Assembly (NCBI GenBank): GCA_041300405.1
Contig: JBGLNK010000001.1
Span: forward strand, 954,133-1,018,132
DNA from: Dehalococcoidia bacterium
GTDB lineage: Bacteria > Chloroflexota > Dehalococcoidia > Dehalococcoidales > RBG-16-60-22
Length of the DNA: 64,000 nucleotides
Direction of reading: 5' to 3'
Shown here piece by piece: positions 9,011 to 20,466 of this stretch (its first letter is position 1; the number at the start of each line of letters is the position of its first letter). The notes below the pieces were generated by a model. The model was given only the letters and a program-made list of their open reading frames with translations. It made no database searches and had not been told where the DNA came from. The position numbers and the translations under genes were made by a program.

Positions 9011-9973
9011 GTGAAAAATTGTCTGAAAAAATGCCTGTTTCCGGCATTGATATCCCTTACTTTATTGGCCGCCTGGCAAGGAACAAGCACTACCTATGCG
9101 TTAGACGAAACTCATAGTTCGGGGAATAATGCATCGGCAACATATTCCGGATTATCGGAAGCAGATGCCTTATCAATCGAGCAAATTCAGGCTGTACAGG
9201 CTTTTAAAACTCGATGGACGCTGAAAAGCATCCAGTTTTTTTCATCCACCCGCAGTACAGGTAATATTTATCCATCGCTGGTGGCGGTACTCGATACCGG
9301 CATCGATAAAGACCATAACGAGCTTATGGGTAGGGTAGTTGCAGATATTAGTTTTGTCGAAGGCGCTGGTGCTGATGATATTAACGGCCACGGCACAGCT
9401 ATCGCCGGGATTATTGCAGCCGATGAAAGTGATGGTTCGGATGTTACAGGAATAGCGCCGGAAAGCCGGCTGTTGAATGTTAAAGTTGCCGATGATACCG
9501 GTAGGTGTCAAATCTCCGCATTAGCCAAAGGCATTATCTGGGCGGTTGACCGGGGCGCTGATGTGATTAATATAAGTATAGAAATACCAGATACTACCGC
9601 AGACTTGAATGAGGCTGTGAATTATGCCTGGGATAATGGCGCGGTCATCGTCGCGGCTGCCGGTAATAGCGGTAATACTGTAGTCGTTTACCCGGCCGGT
9701 CATGAAAAGTGTTTGGCTGTAACGGCTATCCGGGAAAATGGTGCTCTGGCTCCGCTGTCTAATTATGGTGACTGGGTTGATGCGGCTGCACCCGGGTTTA
9801 AAATCTATTCGCTTTCACCCGGTAACGGTTATGGTTACCGCTACGGCACCTCTTTTGCCGCGGCGCATATCAGCGGTTTAGCCGCCAGGCTGTTTTCTAT
9901 GGTGACGGATGTCAACGGTGACGGCAAGCTCAATGATGAAGTGCGCCAGGCAATAGAAGCGGGCTGCAACTGA
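9011..9973 (+). CDS. S8 (subtilisin-like) serine peptidase, secreted
   Basis: Catalytic triad VAVLDTG, NGHGT, GTSFAA; AAAGN oxyanion motif; signal peptide. Confidence 0.9.
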   Translation: MKNCLKKCLFPALISLTLLAAWQGTSTTYALDETHSSGNNASATYSGLSEADALSIEQIQAVQAFKTRWTLKSIQFFSSTRSTGNIYPSLVAVLDTGIDKDHNELMGRVVADISFVEGAGADDINGHGTAIAGIIAADESDGSDVTGIAPESRLLNVKVADDTGRCQISALAKGIIWAVDRGADVINISIEIPDTTADLNEAVNYAWDNGAVIVAAAGNSGNTVVVYPAGHEKCLAVTAIRENGALAPLSNYGDWVDAAAPGFKIYSLSPGNGYGYRYGTSFAAAHISGLAARLFSMVTDVNGDGKLNDEVRQAIEAGCN

Positions 9974-10047
9974 ATCCCGTTTTCCCTTGAACTTTTTTCA
10001 TCCTGAATTGTTAACCTGGGACACTATTTACAATTAGGCAATATGGA

Positions 10048-10539
10048 CTATAATGACTCATACGGCTGGACTTCATCATGCATGTACTTTAACTCAACAC
10101 CTGCCTCGCTCAACATACTCTCCGATTCTCCCGCTAATTGATATTTTCGCTCGCAGACAATTCTTTTAACCCCGCAGTTTATCAGCATCATAGCACAAGT
10201 CCGGCAAGGGGTCATTCTCTGGTACAAAGTGGCTCCTTCAATGGAAATTCCTCTTTTAGCGGCCTGGCAGATAGCATTCTGTTCTGAGTGCACCGTACGA
10301 AGACAGTGTTCTGTAATTGTCCCATCTTCCTGGATTACCTTTTTCATCAGGTGCCCGACGTCATCGCAATGGGGTAGCCCGGCGGGAGATCCAACATATC
10401 CTGTAGCCAGGACTTGCTCGTCACGAACGATGACGCATCCACTTCTCCCGCGATTACATGTTGCTCTTTTTGACGCTGCGTCAGCAAGTCCCAGAAAATA
10501 TTCATCCCACGAGAGCCGCTTTTCATTCATATCAGCCAT
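10048..10539 (-). CDS. dCMP deaminase-family zinc deaminase
   Basis: HSEQNA and PCRTC zinc motifs, ATGYVGSP. Confidence 0.9.
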   Translation of the reverse strand: MADMNEKRLSWDEYFLGLADAASKRATCNRGRSGCVIVRDEQVLATGYVGSPAGLPHCDDVGHLMKKVIQEDGTITEHCLRTVHSEQNAICQAAKRGISIEGATLYQRMTPCRTCAMMLINCGVKRIVCERKYQLAGESESMLSEAGVELKYMHDEVQPYESL

Positions 10540-10991
10540 TGATTGCCTCCTGATACTTTCATGTAATTCGTTTGCATATCTTTAGTGAGGTTGAACAATC
10601 CGCCTGATTGTGTTAGTGAAAAAAGTTATGAGGTGTTTATCTTTCGTATATTTCAATAACGTCGCCAATACACCTTACTTCGTTCTACATTACCGCAATG
10701 CCTCCGCTTGTCCTTGGCAATAACACACATTTGCTTATCTCGCGAGTATTATTTAAAGTCGTCTGGATTAACATGGATGTCTTTAAAATGCGCTACAAAA
10801 AAGAAATCGACAAATCCTGAGCCTGAAAAGTCGGTTTCTCCTTCCATTACTTCGCCCCCAATAATGCTGATGTGGAAATATCTGGCGTCATTAAGATAGA
10901 ACCTGCACTTACTCCGATTTATTTTGGCTTAAACTTTTTTTAAATAGGGGGGTCGCAAAACACCGGAATATTAAGACTCGATGGGATTCAT

Positions 10992-13285
10992 TTAGCGTGT
11001 AATGGGTAATGAGAAATAGAAAGTGGAGCCCTCGCCTTCCTCAGACTCCACCCGGATATGGCCGCCATGTGCCTCAACCAATCTCTTACAAACCAGCAAA
11101 CCGAGACCCAGCCCGGGATTGTTGGAAGATGTTTCTTGCAGCCGCTCAAATGACTGAAATAGCTTGGTTTGATCCTCGGAAGAGATTCCTCTTCCGTGGT
11201 CTTTGACTCCGATTAAAATTATATCGTCTCTCTTTTCGACTGAAATGTGTATCTCGGTATCTAGAGGTGAGTACTTGGAGGCGTTGCTGAGAAGGTTCCG
11301 GATTATCTGCCGGATTCTTACCTCGTCAACATCGATTGGCGGCAGATTATCTGCAATTGTCAGGGATAGATGATGGCTGTCAAGGCGGGACTTTTCCGTT
11401 TCTGCAATATTCTTGATGAGTTGTCCGATGTTTGTTCGTGTTATCGTAAGTCGGAGACGGTTAGACTGATATCGTGATAGCTCGACCAGGTTATCAAGAA
11501 TTTGAGCTAAATCTTCGGAACTATCCTTTGCGTCCCGCAGTAATTCTTTCGCTTCTTCAGGGTCGATACCTTCACTCATCGCTACACTAAGCGCACCGGT
11601 GATAACAGTCATCGGAGTGCGGAGTTCATGGGAAACCATCCCGATAAACTCGTCCTTAATCTGTTCTCCCTTCCTGCGCTCGGTAATATCACGGAAGACC
11701 AGCACAACACCCGTGATATTGCCCTCCTCATCTCTTATCGGTGCGCCGCTATCGTCTATCGGAATCTCGGTTCCATCCTTCTTTACAAGAATTGTGTGGT
11801 TAGCCAGACCGACAACACAAGCTTTCTGAATTACCCTTGTAACAGGGTTCTCGACCACAGCGCGGGTTTTTTCATTTATGATACACAGCACCTCTGTAAT
11901 AGGTTTACCGGTAGCCTCCGGGAATGTCCATCCGGTTAATCCTTCGGCCACGGAATTCATAAAAGTAATTTTGCATGTGGCATCGGTGGCAATTACCGCG
12001 TCGCCGATACTGGCTAGCGTGGTAGCCCAGCGCTGCTCGCTCTCATGTAGTCTCTCTTCTGCACGCTTGCGCTCGGTAATGTCTCCAAACAATACAGCGA
12101 ACTGCTGGTTCGCCGGGGAATACGCGTAAATCCCGTACCACTTGTCCAGGGGGGCAGAATAATTTTCAAAATGAATAGCCTCGCCGGTTAAAGCTACACT
12201 GCCATAAGCCTCAATCCAATAAGACTCGATACCGGGTAGAATTTCCTTGACCGCCTTGCCTATCGCCTTCTCGCGGGAAAGGCCGGTTAATCTTTCGAAA
12301 GCATCGTTCAGTTCGAGAAAACGGTAATCGCAGGGTTTTCCCTCGGAGTCAAGGATAATCTCGTGCAGCCCGAAACCTTCACCCATCGTGCTGAAAAGAT
12401 TACGGTACTTTTCTTCGCTCTGCCGGAGCGCTTGCTCTGCCTTTTTCCGCTCGATGATGTCTTGCTTCAGGTCGAAATTGACCTTTTCCAGATCAGCGTT
12501 GAGTTTAATTACTTCTTCGTTACTTTGCTTCAGATTCCTGAATAATATGTTCTGCGGTTTGGTGAGGGTGGTTTCGACAAAGGCCATATAAACCAGATAA
12601 AAAGAGGCAATCTGGAAGAAATGACCCACGGTGTTGGTTATGCCGAATGGATCCGTATATAGAGTGAAAGCCAGCCCGGTAGCGGTGGAGAGGATAAGTG
12701 AGTATACAATAGTCCTGAGCACTTTGGCATCGAACGCCCGGCGGTTGATGAGCAGCAAACCGATAGCTCCCAGCAGAATCACACAAATGATATAATCGCT
12801 GATCACCTTAAAAGGAGTCAGCCCGACTCCCTCGACAAAGGTAACCGGGAAATTTTCCCAGTAGAAAATGGAGAGTAAAACAAGTGCAGTTGCCAGGATA
12901 TACACGGTAAACGTAAGAGTGACATTGAGTTTACGTTTGATGAACAATGGAGCAATCACCAATGATATGCTGAGAAAGTACCTGCTGACGATGTATAACG
13001 TGGGGCCCAGATTGCCGTATTGGGGGAAAACGCCCATGTCTTTATTACCCAACAGGTGCATGAAATCCAGGAACGCGAAGAAGAGAAAAGCAATACCGAT
13101 AAAAAGGAAATAATGACTGTCTAACCTGCGCCGTCCGTTCCAGACTACTATAAAAACGCTGGCTGCTATGAGAACGGTAACCATATCGGCAAAACTATGG
13201 AAAAGAGGATAGTTATGGCGGCTTACATAATACAAACCCGCGAATATCCCGATTCCAATCAAGGCAAGAACAGTAAACTTACCTC
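10992..13285 (-). CDS. MASE3-PAS-PAS sensor histidine kinase (extreme N-terminus lost at junction)
   Basis: NYPLFHS..D MASE3-like TM region, two PAS domains, VSHELRTP H-box, NLLSNASKY, DHGRGI, GLGLGL, GSTF. Confidence 0.9.
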
Positions 13286-13288
13286 CGC

Positions 13289-14041
13289 GCCCAAATGACC
13301 GGGGTCTTTCACCTCGGCGGTCACGTGATAAACGCGGGGGTACGCCGGTACCAGGGTGAAGAAGCTTACCAGATGATGATGAAAGACATGAGCCGGGCCT
13401 GCGCCTCCGCTGATTTTACGGGCGTTGTCCGCCTGCTGGATAAGCATTTCGGCGGTTCAACCTATTCGCTGAAGTCGCTTTTCCACGATGAGCAGCGTAA
13501 TGTCCTTAATCATATCCTGCAATCCACGATGACGGAAATCGAGACGGCTTACCGCCAGCTTTATGAGCACCATTATCCGCCGATGCGCTTTCTCTCCGAG
13601 CTGGGCGGCCCCGTGCCCAAAGCGTTCCATTCCGCCGCCGAACTGATTATCAACATCGACCTGCACAGGGCGATTGACAGCGATGTTATTAATACTACAG
13701 ATGTGAAAAACCTGGTTGAAACAGCAAAAACCTGGCAGGTGGAACTCGATGCTGATGGAACAGGCTATGATTTAAAAACAAAGCTTGAGAAAATGGCCGG
13801 GGAACTGGCTGAAAATTTTGAAAACACCGGGCAATTGAAAGGTCTTCTCGATGCTGTAACTCTGGCGCGCAGTCTGCCTTTTCCCGTCGATTTATGGAAG
13901 GTACAGAATATTTATTGGGGTCTGCTGCAAAACGTCTATCCGCTCTATAAGCTGAAAGCGGAACAAAAAGATGCGGCGGCAATTACCTGGATTAATGCTT
14001 TTACGATACTGGGCAAAAATCTTACCGTGCGTGTAGTCTAA
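13289..14041 (+). CDS. DUF3536/GH57-associated protein, C-terminal fragment
   Basis: HLGGH...YSLKSLFHDEQR...VDLWKVQNIYW pattern; no RBS or start, begins at junction. Confidence 0.75.
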   Translation, partial: AQMTGVFHLGGHVINAGVRRYQGEEAYQMMMKDMSRACASADFTGVVRLLDKHFGGSTYSLKSLFHDEQRNVLNHILQSTMTEIETAYRQLYEHHYPPMRFLSELGGPVPKAFHSAAELIINIDLHRAIDSDVINTTDVKNLVETAKTWQVELDADGTGYDLKTKLEKMAGELAENFENTGQLKGLLDAVTLARSLPFPVDLWKVQNIYWGLLQNVYPLYKLKAEQKDAAAITWINAFTILGKNLTVRVV

Positions 14042-14213
14042 ATGGATTACCGGGAAAAACAGTGTTCCGGGCGCATAATATTATTTCCCGGATGGCCCTG
14101 TTTTAACCTGTAAAACAGGTACTTGCGTCGTTACCGCAAATAAGCTCGCCGTCCATGCTTAAAATGGATTAGCTGCCCCTGGTTTTTATTTTACTTCAGC
14201 GCAAATGATTGAT

Positions 14214-14495
14214 TTACCGGAGCATTGTTGTCTTGAACTTGTAGTGGTAGTACAGGACTGTGCCGGCCGCCAGTATCGATAGCGCCACGATGTTAGCGCC
14301 GATAATGACAGGATCCCGGCGGCCGATGCCGTAAAGAAGCCACAGGATACAACCTGTGATCATCTGGAAGATAGTGATATTGCTTATATCACCAACCGAC
14401 TTGCGCCGCCACATTTTCCACACCTGGGGGACATAACTGAAGCTGGTTAACAGAGATGCGGTGATACCGACTATCGTCCATATAGTAAATTCCAT
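14214..14495 (-). CDS. SemiSWEET (PQ-loop) sugar transporter
   Basis: 93 aa, 3 TM helices, SYVPQVWK PQ motif, LWLLYG, IIGAN. Confidence 0.9.
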   Translation of the reverse strand: MEFTIWTIVGITASLLTSFSYVPQVWKMWRRKSVGDISNITIFQMITGCILWLLYGIGRRDPVIIGANIVALSILAAGTVLYYHYKFKTTMLR

Positions 14496-14539
14496 TTATT
14501 TCTGCTTTCTGGTTAAGGCGTCCTTAACTTAAGGCGTAC

Positions 14540-16486
14540 TTAACCCGGAATATGCTTGAGGAAGACCGCCGCCAGCGGCGGTATGGTAAGTTTTATCGAG
14601 TACGGCCGGTAATGCATGGGTTTGTCTGCTGTCTTGATTTCCGGCGGATTGGCCTGGCCGCTGCCTCCGTATTTCATGCCGTCCGTGTTCAGCGCTTCCT
14701 GCCATGTTCCCCGGAGGGGAACGCCTATCTCGTAGTCATAATGTGTCGCCGGTGTAAAATTGCACACGACCACCATGACATCCTCCGGCGAATTGCCTTT
14801 ACGGATAAAGCTGATAATACTCTGTTTTTCATCGGAAGCGTCGATCCATTCGAATCCCGACGAATCGAAGTCTGCCTGGTGCAGCGCCGCCTGGGTACGG
14901 TACAGGTTGTTCAGGTCGGCTGTAAGCAACTGGAGGCTGCTGTGGGGCGCATATTGCGTAAGGTGCCATTCCAGGCTGGCTTCATGCGACCATTCCTGCC
15001 TCTGTCCGAACTCCGCGCCCATGAACAGCAGTTTCTTCCCGGGCTGCGCGTACATGTAACCGTAAAGCAGCCGCAAATTGGCGAATTTTTGCCAGTCGTC
15101 TCCCGGCATCTTGCCTATCAGCGATGACTTGCCGTGAACGACCTCGTCATGGGAAAGCGGCAGCACGAAATTCTCCGTGAAAGCGTAGACCATGCGGAAG
15201 GTAAGGTCGTTCTGGTGATACCTGCGGTGTATGGGGTCCTTGCCGAAGTAGTACAGCGTATCATGCATCCAGCCCATGTCCCATTTCATGCCGAAGCCCA
15301 ATCCGCCGGCATATGTCGGACGCGATATCATCGGCCAGGCGGTGGACTCCTCGGCGATTGTCTGCGTATCAGGTTTTTCCCGGTAGACTATTTCATTGAA
15401 TTTACGGAGAAAGTCGATGGCCTCCAGGTTTTCCCGCCCGCCGTTTTTATTGGGGATCCATTCACCGGCCTTGCGGCCGTAATCCAGGTAAAGCATTGAC
15501 GCTACTGCGTCCACCCTTAAAGCGTCCGCGTGGTATTTATCCAGCCAGAAAACGGCGCTGCTGTACAGGAAGTCCCTGACCTCGTGCCGCCCGTAGTTAA
15601 AGATGCAGCTGTTCCATTCGGGGTGGATTCCCAACCGGGGGTCGTCGTGCTCGTAGAGGTGCGTGCCGTCGAAAAAACCAAGGGCAAACTGGTCGTTGGG
15701 GAAATGGGATGGAACCCAGTCCAGTATTACGCCTATATCGTGCCGGTGCAGGTAATCTATCAGGTACATGAAATCCCGGGGAGTGCCGTATCGGCTGGTC
15801 GGGGCGAAATATCCCGTCGTCTGGTAGCCCCATGAGCCGTAAAAAGGGTGTTCCATGACCGGCAAAAACTCGACGTGGGTAAACCCGAGTTCCTTGACAT
15901 AATCGGCTAATAAAGGCGCTGTTTCCCGGTAGGTCAGGTAGCGGTTGTCTTCTTCCGGCACACGCCGCCATGATCCCAGGTGTACTTCATAAATAGATAT
16001 CGGTTTATCCAGGGCGTTAACGGCACGGCGTTTGTTCATCCATGCCTGGTCGCTCCAGTTGAAGTCCAGGTCGCAAACTACGGAGGCGGTCTTCGGCGGT
16101 AACTCGCTGTAAAAAGCGTAAGGGTCGGCTTTTTCAACGGCATAATTATTTTGCCGGGAAACGATGTAGTATTTATAGACTGCACCGTAGCTCAATCCGT
16201 TTATAAAACCTTCCCATATCCCGGTCACACCCCTGGGACGCAGTGCGTGGGCTGTATTGTTCCACCTGTTAAAATCCCCGATGATATGAACTTCACGGGC
16301 ATTAGGCGCCCAGACGGCAAAATATACCCCGGAAACACCCCCTGCCGTTACGGCGTGAGCGCCGAGTTTGTCATACAGCTTGTAATGGGTGCCCTCGTTG
16401 AATAGATGGACGTCATCATCGGAAAGCAGGGAAACATCGTAGCGGACTTCATACACCGGCGTTGTATCTTTATTATGAACGGTCAT
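14540..16486 (-). CDS. glgB: 1,4-alpha-glucan branching enzyme
   Basis: FAVWAPNA, SWGYQ, ILDWVPSHF, LRVDAVASM, AEEST, LSHDEVVHGK. Confidence 0.97.
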   Translation of the reverse strand: MTVHNKDTTPVYEVRYDVSLLSDDDVHLFNEGTHYKLYDKLGAHAVTAGGVSGVYFAVWAPNAREVHIIGDFNRWNNTAHALRPRGVTGIWEGFINGLSYGAVYKYYIVSRQNNYAVEKADPYAFYSELPPKTASVVCDLDFNWSDQAWMNKRRAVNALDKPISIYEVHLGSWRRVPEEDNRYLTYRETAPLLADYVKELGFTHVEFLPVMEHPFYGSWGYQTTGYFAPTSRYGTPRDFMYLIDYLHRHDIGVILDWVPSHFPNDQFALGFFDGTHLYEHDDPRLGIHPEWNSCIFNYGRHEVRDFLYSSAVFWLDKYHADALRVDAVASMLYLDYGRKAGEWIPNKNGGRENLEAIDFLRKFNEIVYREKPDTQTIAEESTAWPMISRPTYAGGLGFGMKWDMGWMHDTLYYFGKDPIHRRYHQNDLTFRMVYAFTENFVLPLSHDEVVHGKSSLIGKMPGDDWQKFANLRLLYGYMYAQPGKKLLFMGAEFGQRQEWSHEASLEWHLTQYAPHSSLQLLTADLNNLYRTQAALHQADFDSSGFEWIDASDEKQSIISFIRKGNSPEDVMVVVCNFTPATHYDYEIGVPLRGTWQEALNTDGMKYGGSGQANPPEIKTADKPMHYRPYSIKLTIPPLAAVFLKHIPG

Positions 16487-16560
16487 ATCTGGTATTAGTC
16501 TACTCTCAAGCCGCCGGTATCTGCAAGGTGCTGAATGGAGGAAGGATATTCACCGGATTG

Positions 16561-18708
16561 TTACCGCAACTGCCTTATAACGGATGTGCCCTGGGAAGCA
16601 GGCAGGTATAACTTCTCACAATATTCTTTAACCATGCGGCGCGCGGAGAACTCGGGCGTAATGGAACTGATCGTCCTTTTCATCATCGCCACCCATTCAC
16701 GCGGCACGTTCCGCCTGTCCCGTGTATAGTAAAGAGGAATTATCTTTTCTTCCAAAATGCTGTAAAGAGAAGCCGCGTCCATTTTATCCTCTTCCTCAGG
16801 ATTGATTTTTATAGTATCGTCACCGATAACCCAGCCGTTTTTTTCATTGTAGCCCTCATGCCACCATCCGTCAGGAACGCTGAATTGAATTACGCCGTTC
16901 AATGAAGCTTTCATGCCGCTGGTGCCGGAGGCTTCCTGCAGCCGCCGCGGAACGTTCAGCCAGACATCTACACCCTGCACCAGGTACCTGGCAAGATGCA
17001 TGTCATAATCTTCCAGGAAGGCTATTCTCCCCTGGAAAGCGCGGTCGCGGGCCATGGTATGAACACGCTGTAAAAGCAGTTTTGAGGCGGTATCGGCCGG
17101 GTGTGATTTCCCGGCGAAGATTATCTGGACATGCCCCCCTGTATTATTAATGATTTTTTTCAAGCGTTCGAGGTCGTGGAATATAAGAGACGGTCGTTTG
17201 TACTCGGCAAAACGCCTGACAAATGCTATGGTCAGAACGCCGTGGTCCAGTAGTGAGCCCATTGATAGAATCTGCTGCGCTGAAGCGTCGCTTTTAGCCC
17301 AGCGCATTTGAGCCCTTTCCAGGATAACATGGAATAATTTACCTTTTAATTCCTGGTGTATTTGCCATAATTCGTGGTCCGGGATATCGTCAATGCCGCG
17401 CCATGTCTCGATATCATCCTGTTTTTCCAGCCAGTCTTTATCGAGGTATTTGTCAAAAAGGCTCCTGATTTCCTGGGAGATCCATGTGGGTACGTGAACA
17501 CCGTTGGTAACGTACGTAATGGGGACTTCGTCTACCGGGCATTCCAGCCAGAGATTGCACCACATGCGCCGTGTGACGACGGCGTGGAGACGGCTGACAG
17601 CGTTCCGGTGTCCGGCCGTTTTCAATGCCAGAGTGGTCATATTAAAATACTCGTCCTGTTTATTGAAATGCCCCAGGTCCAGGAATTGTTCGCTGCTGAT
17701 GCCGAGCGAAGGCCGGTAATCATTAAAATATGCTTCGATGGTTTTGTTGTAGAAGGTATCGTGTCCTGCCGGGACGGGTGTATGTGTTGTGAAAATGGAT
17801 GTATTCCGCACGGTTTCCAGCGCTTTTTCAAAAGAGGAACCCGCCGCTACTTTTTCCCTGATAAGCTCCAGCATCATGAAAGATGTATGGCCTTCATTAG
17901 CATGCCAGATTGAAGGATTGATACCCAGTTCACGCAGGATACGTACCCCCCCGATACCCAGGACGATTTCCTGTTCCAGCCTTTGCTCGCGGTCGGCGGT
18001 ATACAGGCGGCTGGATAACTGGCGGTCACCGGGTTCGTTTTCTTCCAGTCCGGTATCGATGAGATAAAGGTTGACCCGTCCCAGGTTTACCAGCCAGGCC
18101 CCGATATGCAGTGTGCGGCCTTTTAGTTTTAACTCTACCAGGCACTTTCCCCCGGTTTTGGATAATATCGGCGATGCAGGTGCTTTGGTGAAGTCGAGCT
18201 GCTGGTACTCCTCTTCCTGCCAGCCTTCCGCGGATATGCGCTGTTTAAAATAACCTTGCGGATACATAAACCCCACGGCTGCCATCGGTATTCCCAGGTC
18301 GCTGGCCTCTTTGCACAGGTCACCCGCCAGCACGCCGAGGCCGCCGGCATAAATAGGTAAAGAACCGTGGATGGCAAATTCCATGGAAAAATAGGCAACT
18401 GGTCCGGGCAGGGAAATGGTTTTACTGGTGGCATACCAGGAATCGCCGTCTTTGCGCTGGTTATCTATTTCAGCTATTGCAGCATCGTACAGGGCAAGGA
18501 AAGTGGCGTCATGCGCCGCGACTTCAAGCTTTTCACGGCTAATGTCATAAAGCTGCCGGATGGGGTTATGCATGCTCTGGCTCCAGAGCGAATAATCCAG
18601 CATCCTGAACAGGTTTCTTCCGGCAGGGTGCCAGCTCCACCATAAACTGCCGGCTATTTCGCCGATGCGGCTGATGCGTTCCGGTATTTTTGAATCGGGC
18701 ATAATCAA
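16561..18708 (-). CDS. glgP: alpha-glucan phosphorylase
   Basis: YAGGLGVLAGD, HANEGH, RRFAEYKR, EASGTSGMK PLP-lysine motif. Confidence 0.95.
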   Translation of the reverse strand: MIMPDSKIPERISRIGEIAGSLWWSWHPAGRNLFRMLDYSLWSQSMHNPIRQLYDISREKLEVAAHDATFLALYDAAIAEIDNQRKDGDSWYATSKTISLPGPVAYFSMEFAIHGSLPIYAGGLGVLAGDLCKEASDLGIPMAAVGFMYPQGYFKQRISAEGWQEEEYQQLDFTKAPASPILSKTGGKCLVELKLKGRTLHIGAWLVNLGRVNLYLIDTGLEENEPGDRQLSSRLYTADREQRLEQEIVLGIGGVRILRELGINPSIWHANEGHTSFMMLELIREKVAAGSSFEKALETVRNTSIFTTHTPVPAGHDTFYNKTIEAYFNDYRPSLGISSEQFLDLGHFNKQDEYFNMTTLALKTAGHRNAVSRLHAVVTRRMWCNLWLECPVDEVPITYVTNGVHVPTWISQEIRSLFDKYLDKDWLEKQDDIETWRGIDDIPDHELWQIHQELKGKLFHVILERAQMRWAKSDASAQQILSMGSLLDHGVLTIAFVRRFAEYKRPSLIFHDLERLKKIINNTGGHVQIIFAGKSHPADTASKLLLQRVHTMARDRAFQGRIAFLEDYDMHLARYLVQGVDVWLNVPRRLQEASGTSGMKASLNGVIQFSVPDGWWHEGYNEKNGWVIGDDTIKINPEEEDKMDAASLYSILEEKIIPLYYTRDRRNVPREWVAMMKRTISSITPEFSARRMVKEYCEKLYLPASQGTSVIRQLR

Positions 18709-18968
18709 ATTTTAGGTCTACACTTCCTTGTAAGCCATTATAATTCAACCCTGAAAAGAATACTAGAGGTTAAGGCACCAATAACTGTCAGGGTTTGCTT
18801 GGGTTTCTACGTTAATTAGCTTTATTAAAAATGTCATAATTTTGTAACTATTAACTATAGTATTTTATAACTATTCTATCACGGGGAGTTTATTATTTTT
18901 AGGAACGTCATAAAAGGCGGGATTGTTGCTGTAATGAGTATTTAACAAATGTGAAAGGGAGATGGAGA

Positions 18969-19120
18969 ATGTATAAAAAAGTTCTTGTTCCATTGGACGG
19001 TTCGGAATTGGCGGAATGTGTATTGCCTCATCTGGATGTTATCACCGGCAGCGGTGGTGTGGAGAGTATTGTCTTGCTGCGGGTTGTCAAACCGTTTTAC
19101 CCCGTCGGCGATTACCTGGG
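18969..19120 (+). CDS. universal stress protein, N-terminal fragment
   Basis: MYKKVLVPLDGSELAECVL...VLLRVV; breaks at junction. Confidence 0.8.
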
Positions 19121-19428
19121 GAAATTCCTGTACCAGAATATTTTCTTCGAATACTCAATTTATGTATGAAACCACTTTCACCTTGTTTTACATTCGGCCA
19201 AAATAATTTGTCTTCCCACTTTAGTATCATGGCTGCTGCACTAACATTATCTATTTTAAGTACATGAAATTCATTAATTATGTTATCTTTCAGTAGTTTT
19301 TCCTTTGTTAGGTCTTCTAATTTCCATAAAGGCTGACCTGTGTCGATTAACCAATTCGCCGCTTCTCTCATAATGTCTATTGCCTCATCAACATCACCAA
19401 TATTAAATGAGATTCTTCTGTTATCCAT
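19120..19428 (-). CDS. GNAT acetyltransferase, N-terminal fragment
   Basis: FIHKLSIRRKYSGTGIS acetyl-CoA binding motif, cut immediately after; AT-rich. Confidence 0.75.
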
Positions 19429-19784
19429 TTACTCCCCTATCTAAATAAAACGGTTTAAATATTCGCTGTATTTTATCACAAAATTAGTTTGCTAATTTCA
19501 CTGATTCTTCAACTGTCCAGATATGGTCGATGCTGGGATGAGCAACGATACGGCAACCGAGCATTACTATTCCAAGTCCATATGCTCTCCTGATTAACGC
19601 TTGCATCGAGACAACCCCCATCTGAGTTTCATTTTGGCTAATAATGTTAGCGTAATCGGTATTTCATCTCTTCTCGCTTTACGTATTCAGGCAATACCCA
19701 GGTATTATGTTACTTGACAACCGGCGAATAATAAAATATCATACCTAGTAATTCCAGGTGACTCTAAGAAGGAGGTATTGCCTG

Positions 19785-19985
19785 ATGCGCGCAATCGCAA
19801 TTATCGTTGCCATCCTTGGGTTAGCTGCTTTTATCTACGGGATTTTATTTGTTGCCCAGGCAGGTTCGGTCGCAGCCGATGTTGCCACATTCCAGCGTAC
19901 CAGCGGCACGGTAGACATTATCGTGGGGCTGGGGATGTTTTTATCCGGCGTCTGGATGCTAATGAAAAGCCGGGCCGCAGCTTAA
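19785..19985 (+). CDS. small two-TM membrane protein
   Basis: AAGGAGG RBS, ATG 19785, two hydrophobic helices. Confidence 0.65.
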   Translation: MRAIAIIVAILGLAAFIYGILFVAQAGSVAADVATFQRTSGTVDIIVGLGMFLSGVWMLMKSRAAA

Positions 19986-20079
19986 AAGCAATTGTTCGTG
20001 CAATTAATAAGCGCCTCACAGACGGGATAAGCTGTCCTTTATTTTTCCGTCTTGAGGCGTTTTTATTGGGGAGGCAAAT

Positions 20080-20370
20080 ATGCCTGATAAGAAGAATATT
20101 CCCGCTAAACAGTATGAAATAGTTATCAAGCTTCTCCGTAATAACCAGCCCTGCCATTCCGGCCATAAAATCGGCGATGAATGGGTCTTTGATTACATGA
20201 CACCGGGCGGTATATGCAGCCTTGCCTATAACGCCATTTATCCGGTTGCCCTGGCTTTAAAATTCGGGGCGCATTTCCCGTGGCAAAAAGACCCTGATGT
20301 CATCACCATATCCTGCCCGGACCAGGATGTCCAGAATATCTTTGAACTGAGGCGGCGGCTAAAACAATAG
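20080..20370 (+). CDS. TIGR04076-family protein
   Basis: C..GHKIGDEW, ICSLAYNAIYP, FPW, SCPD. Confidence 0.85.
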   Translation: MPDKKNIPAKQYEIVIKLLRNNQPCHSGHKIGDEWVFDYMTPGGICSLAYNAIYPVALALKFGAHFPWQKDPDVITISCPDQDVQNIFELRRRLKQ

Positions 20371-20466
20371 CGTTCCGAATCGCAATCTGCTGTTCGCTAT
20401 TTTATTTACCGCGGGATATAATATTAGCGGGTCTGCGTTTTTGTACTAAAAAGGAGTCCCGGAATA

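Noticed and set aside
19480-19530. IS1-family transposase C-terminal remnant (DHIWTVEESVKL, minus strand)
   Set aside because: Only ~12 residues resemble the motif; no catalytic region or inverted repeats, so too weak to call.
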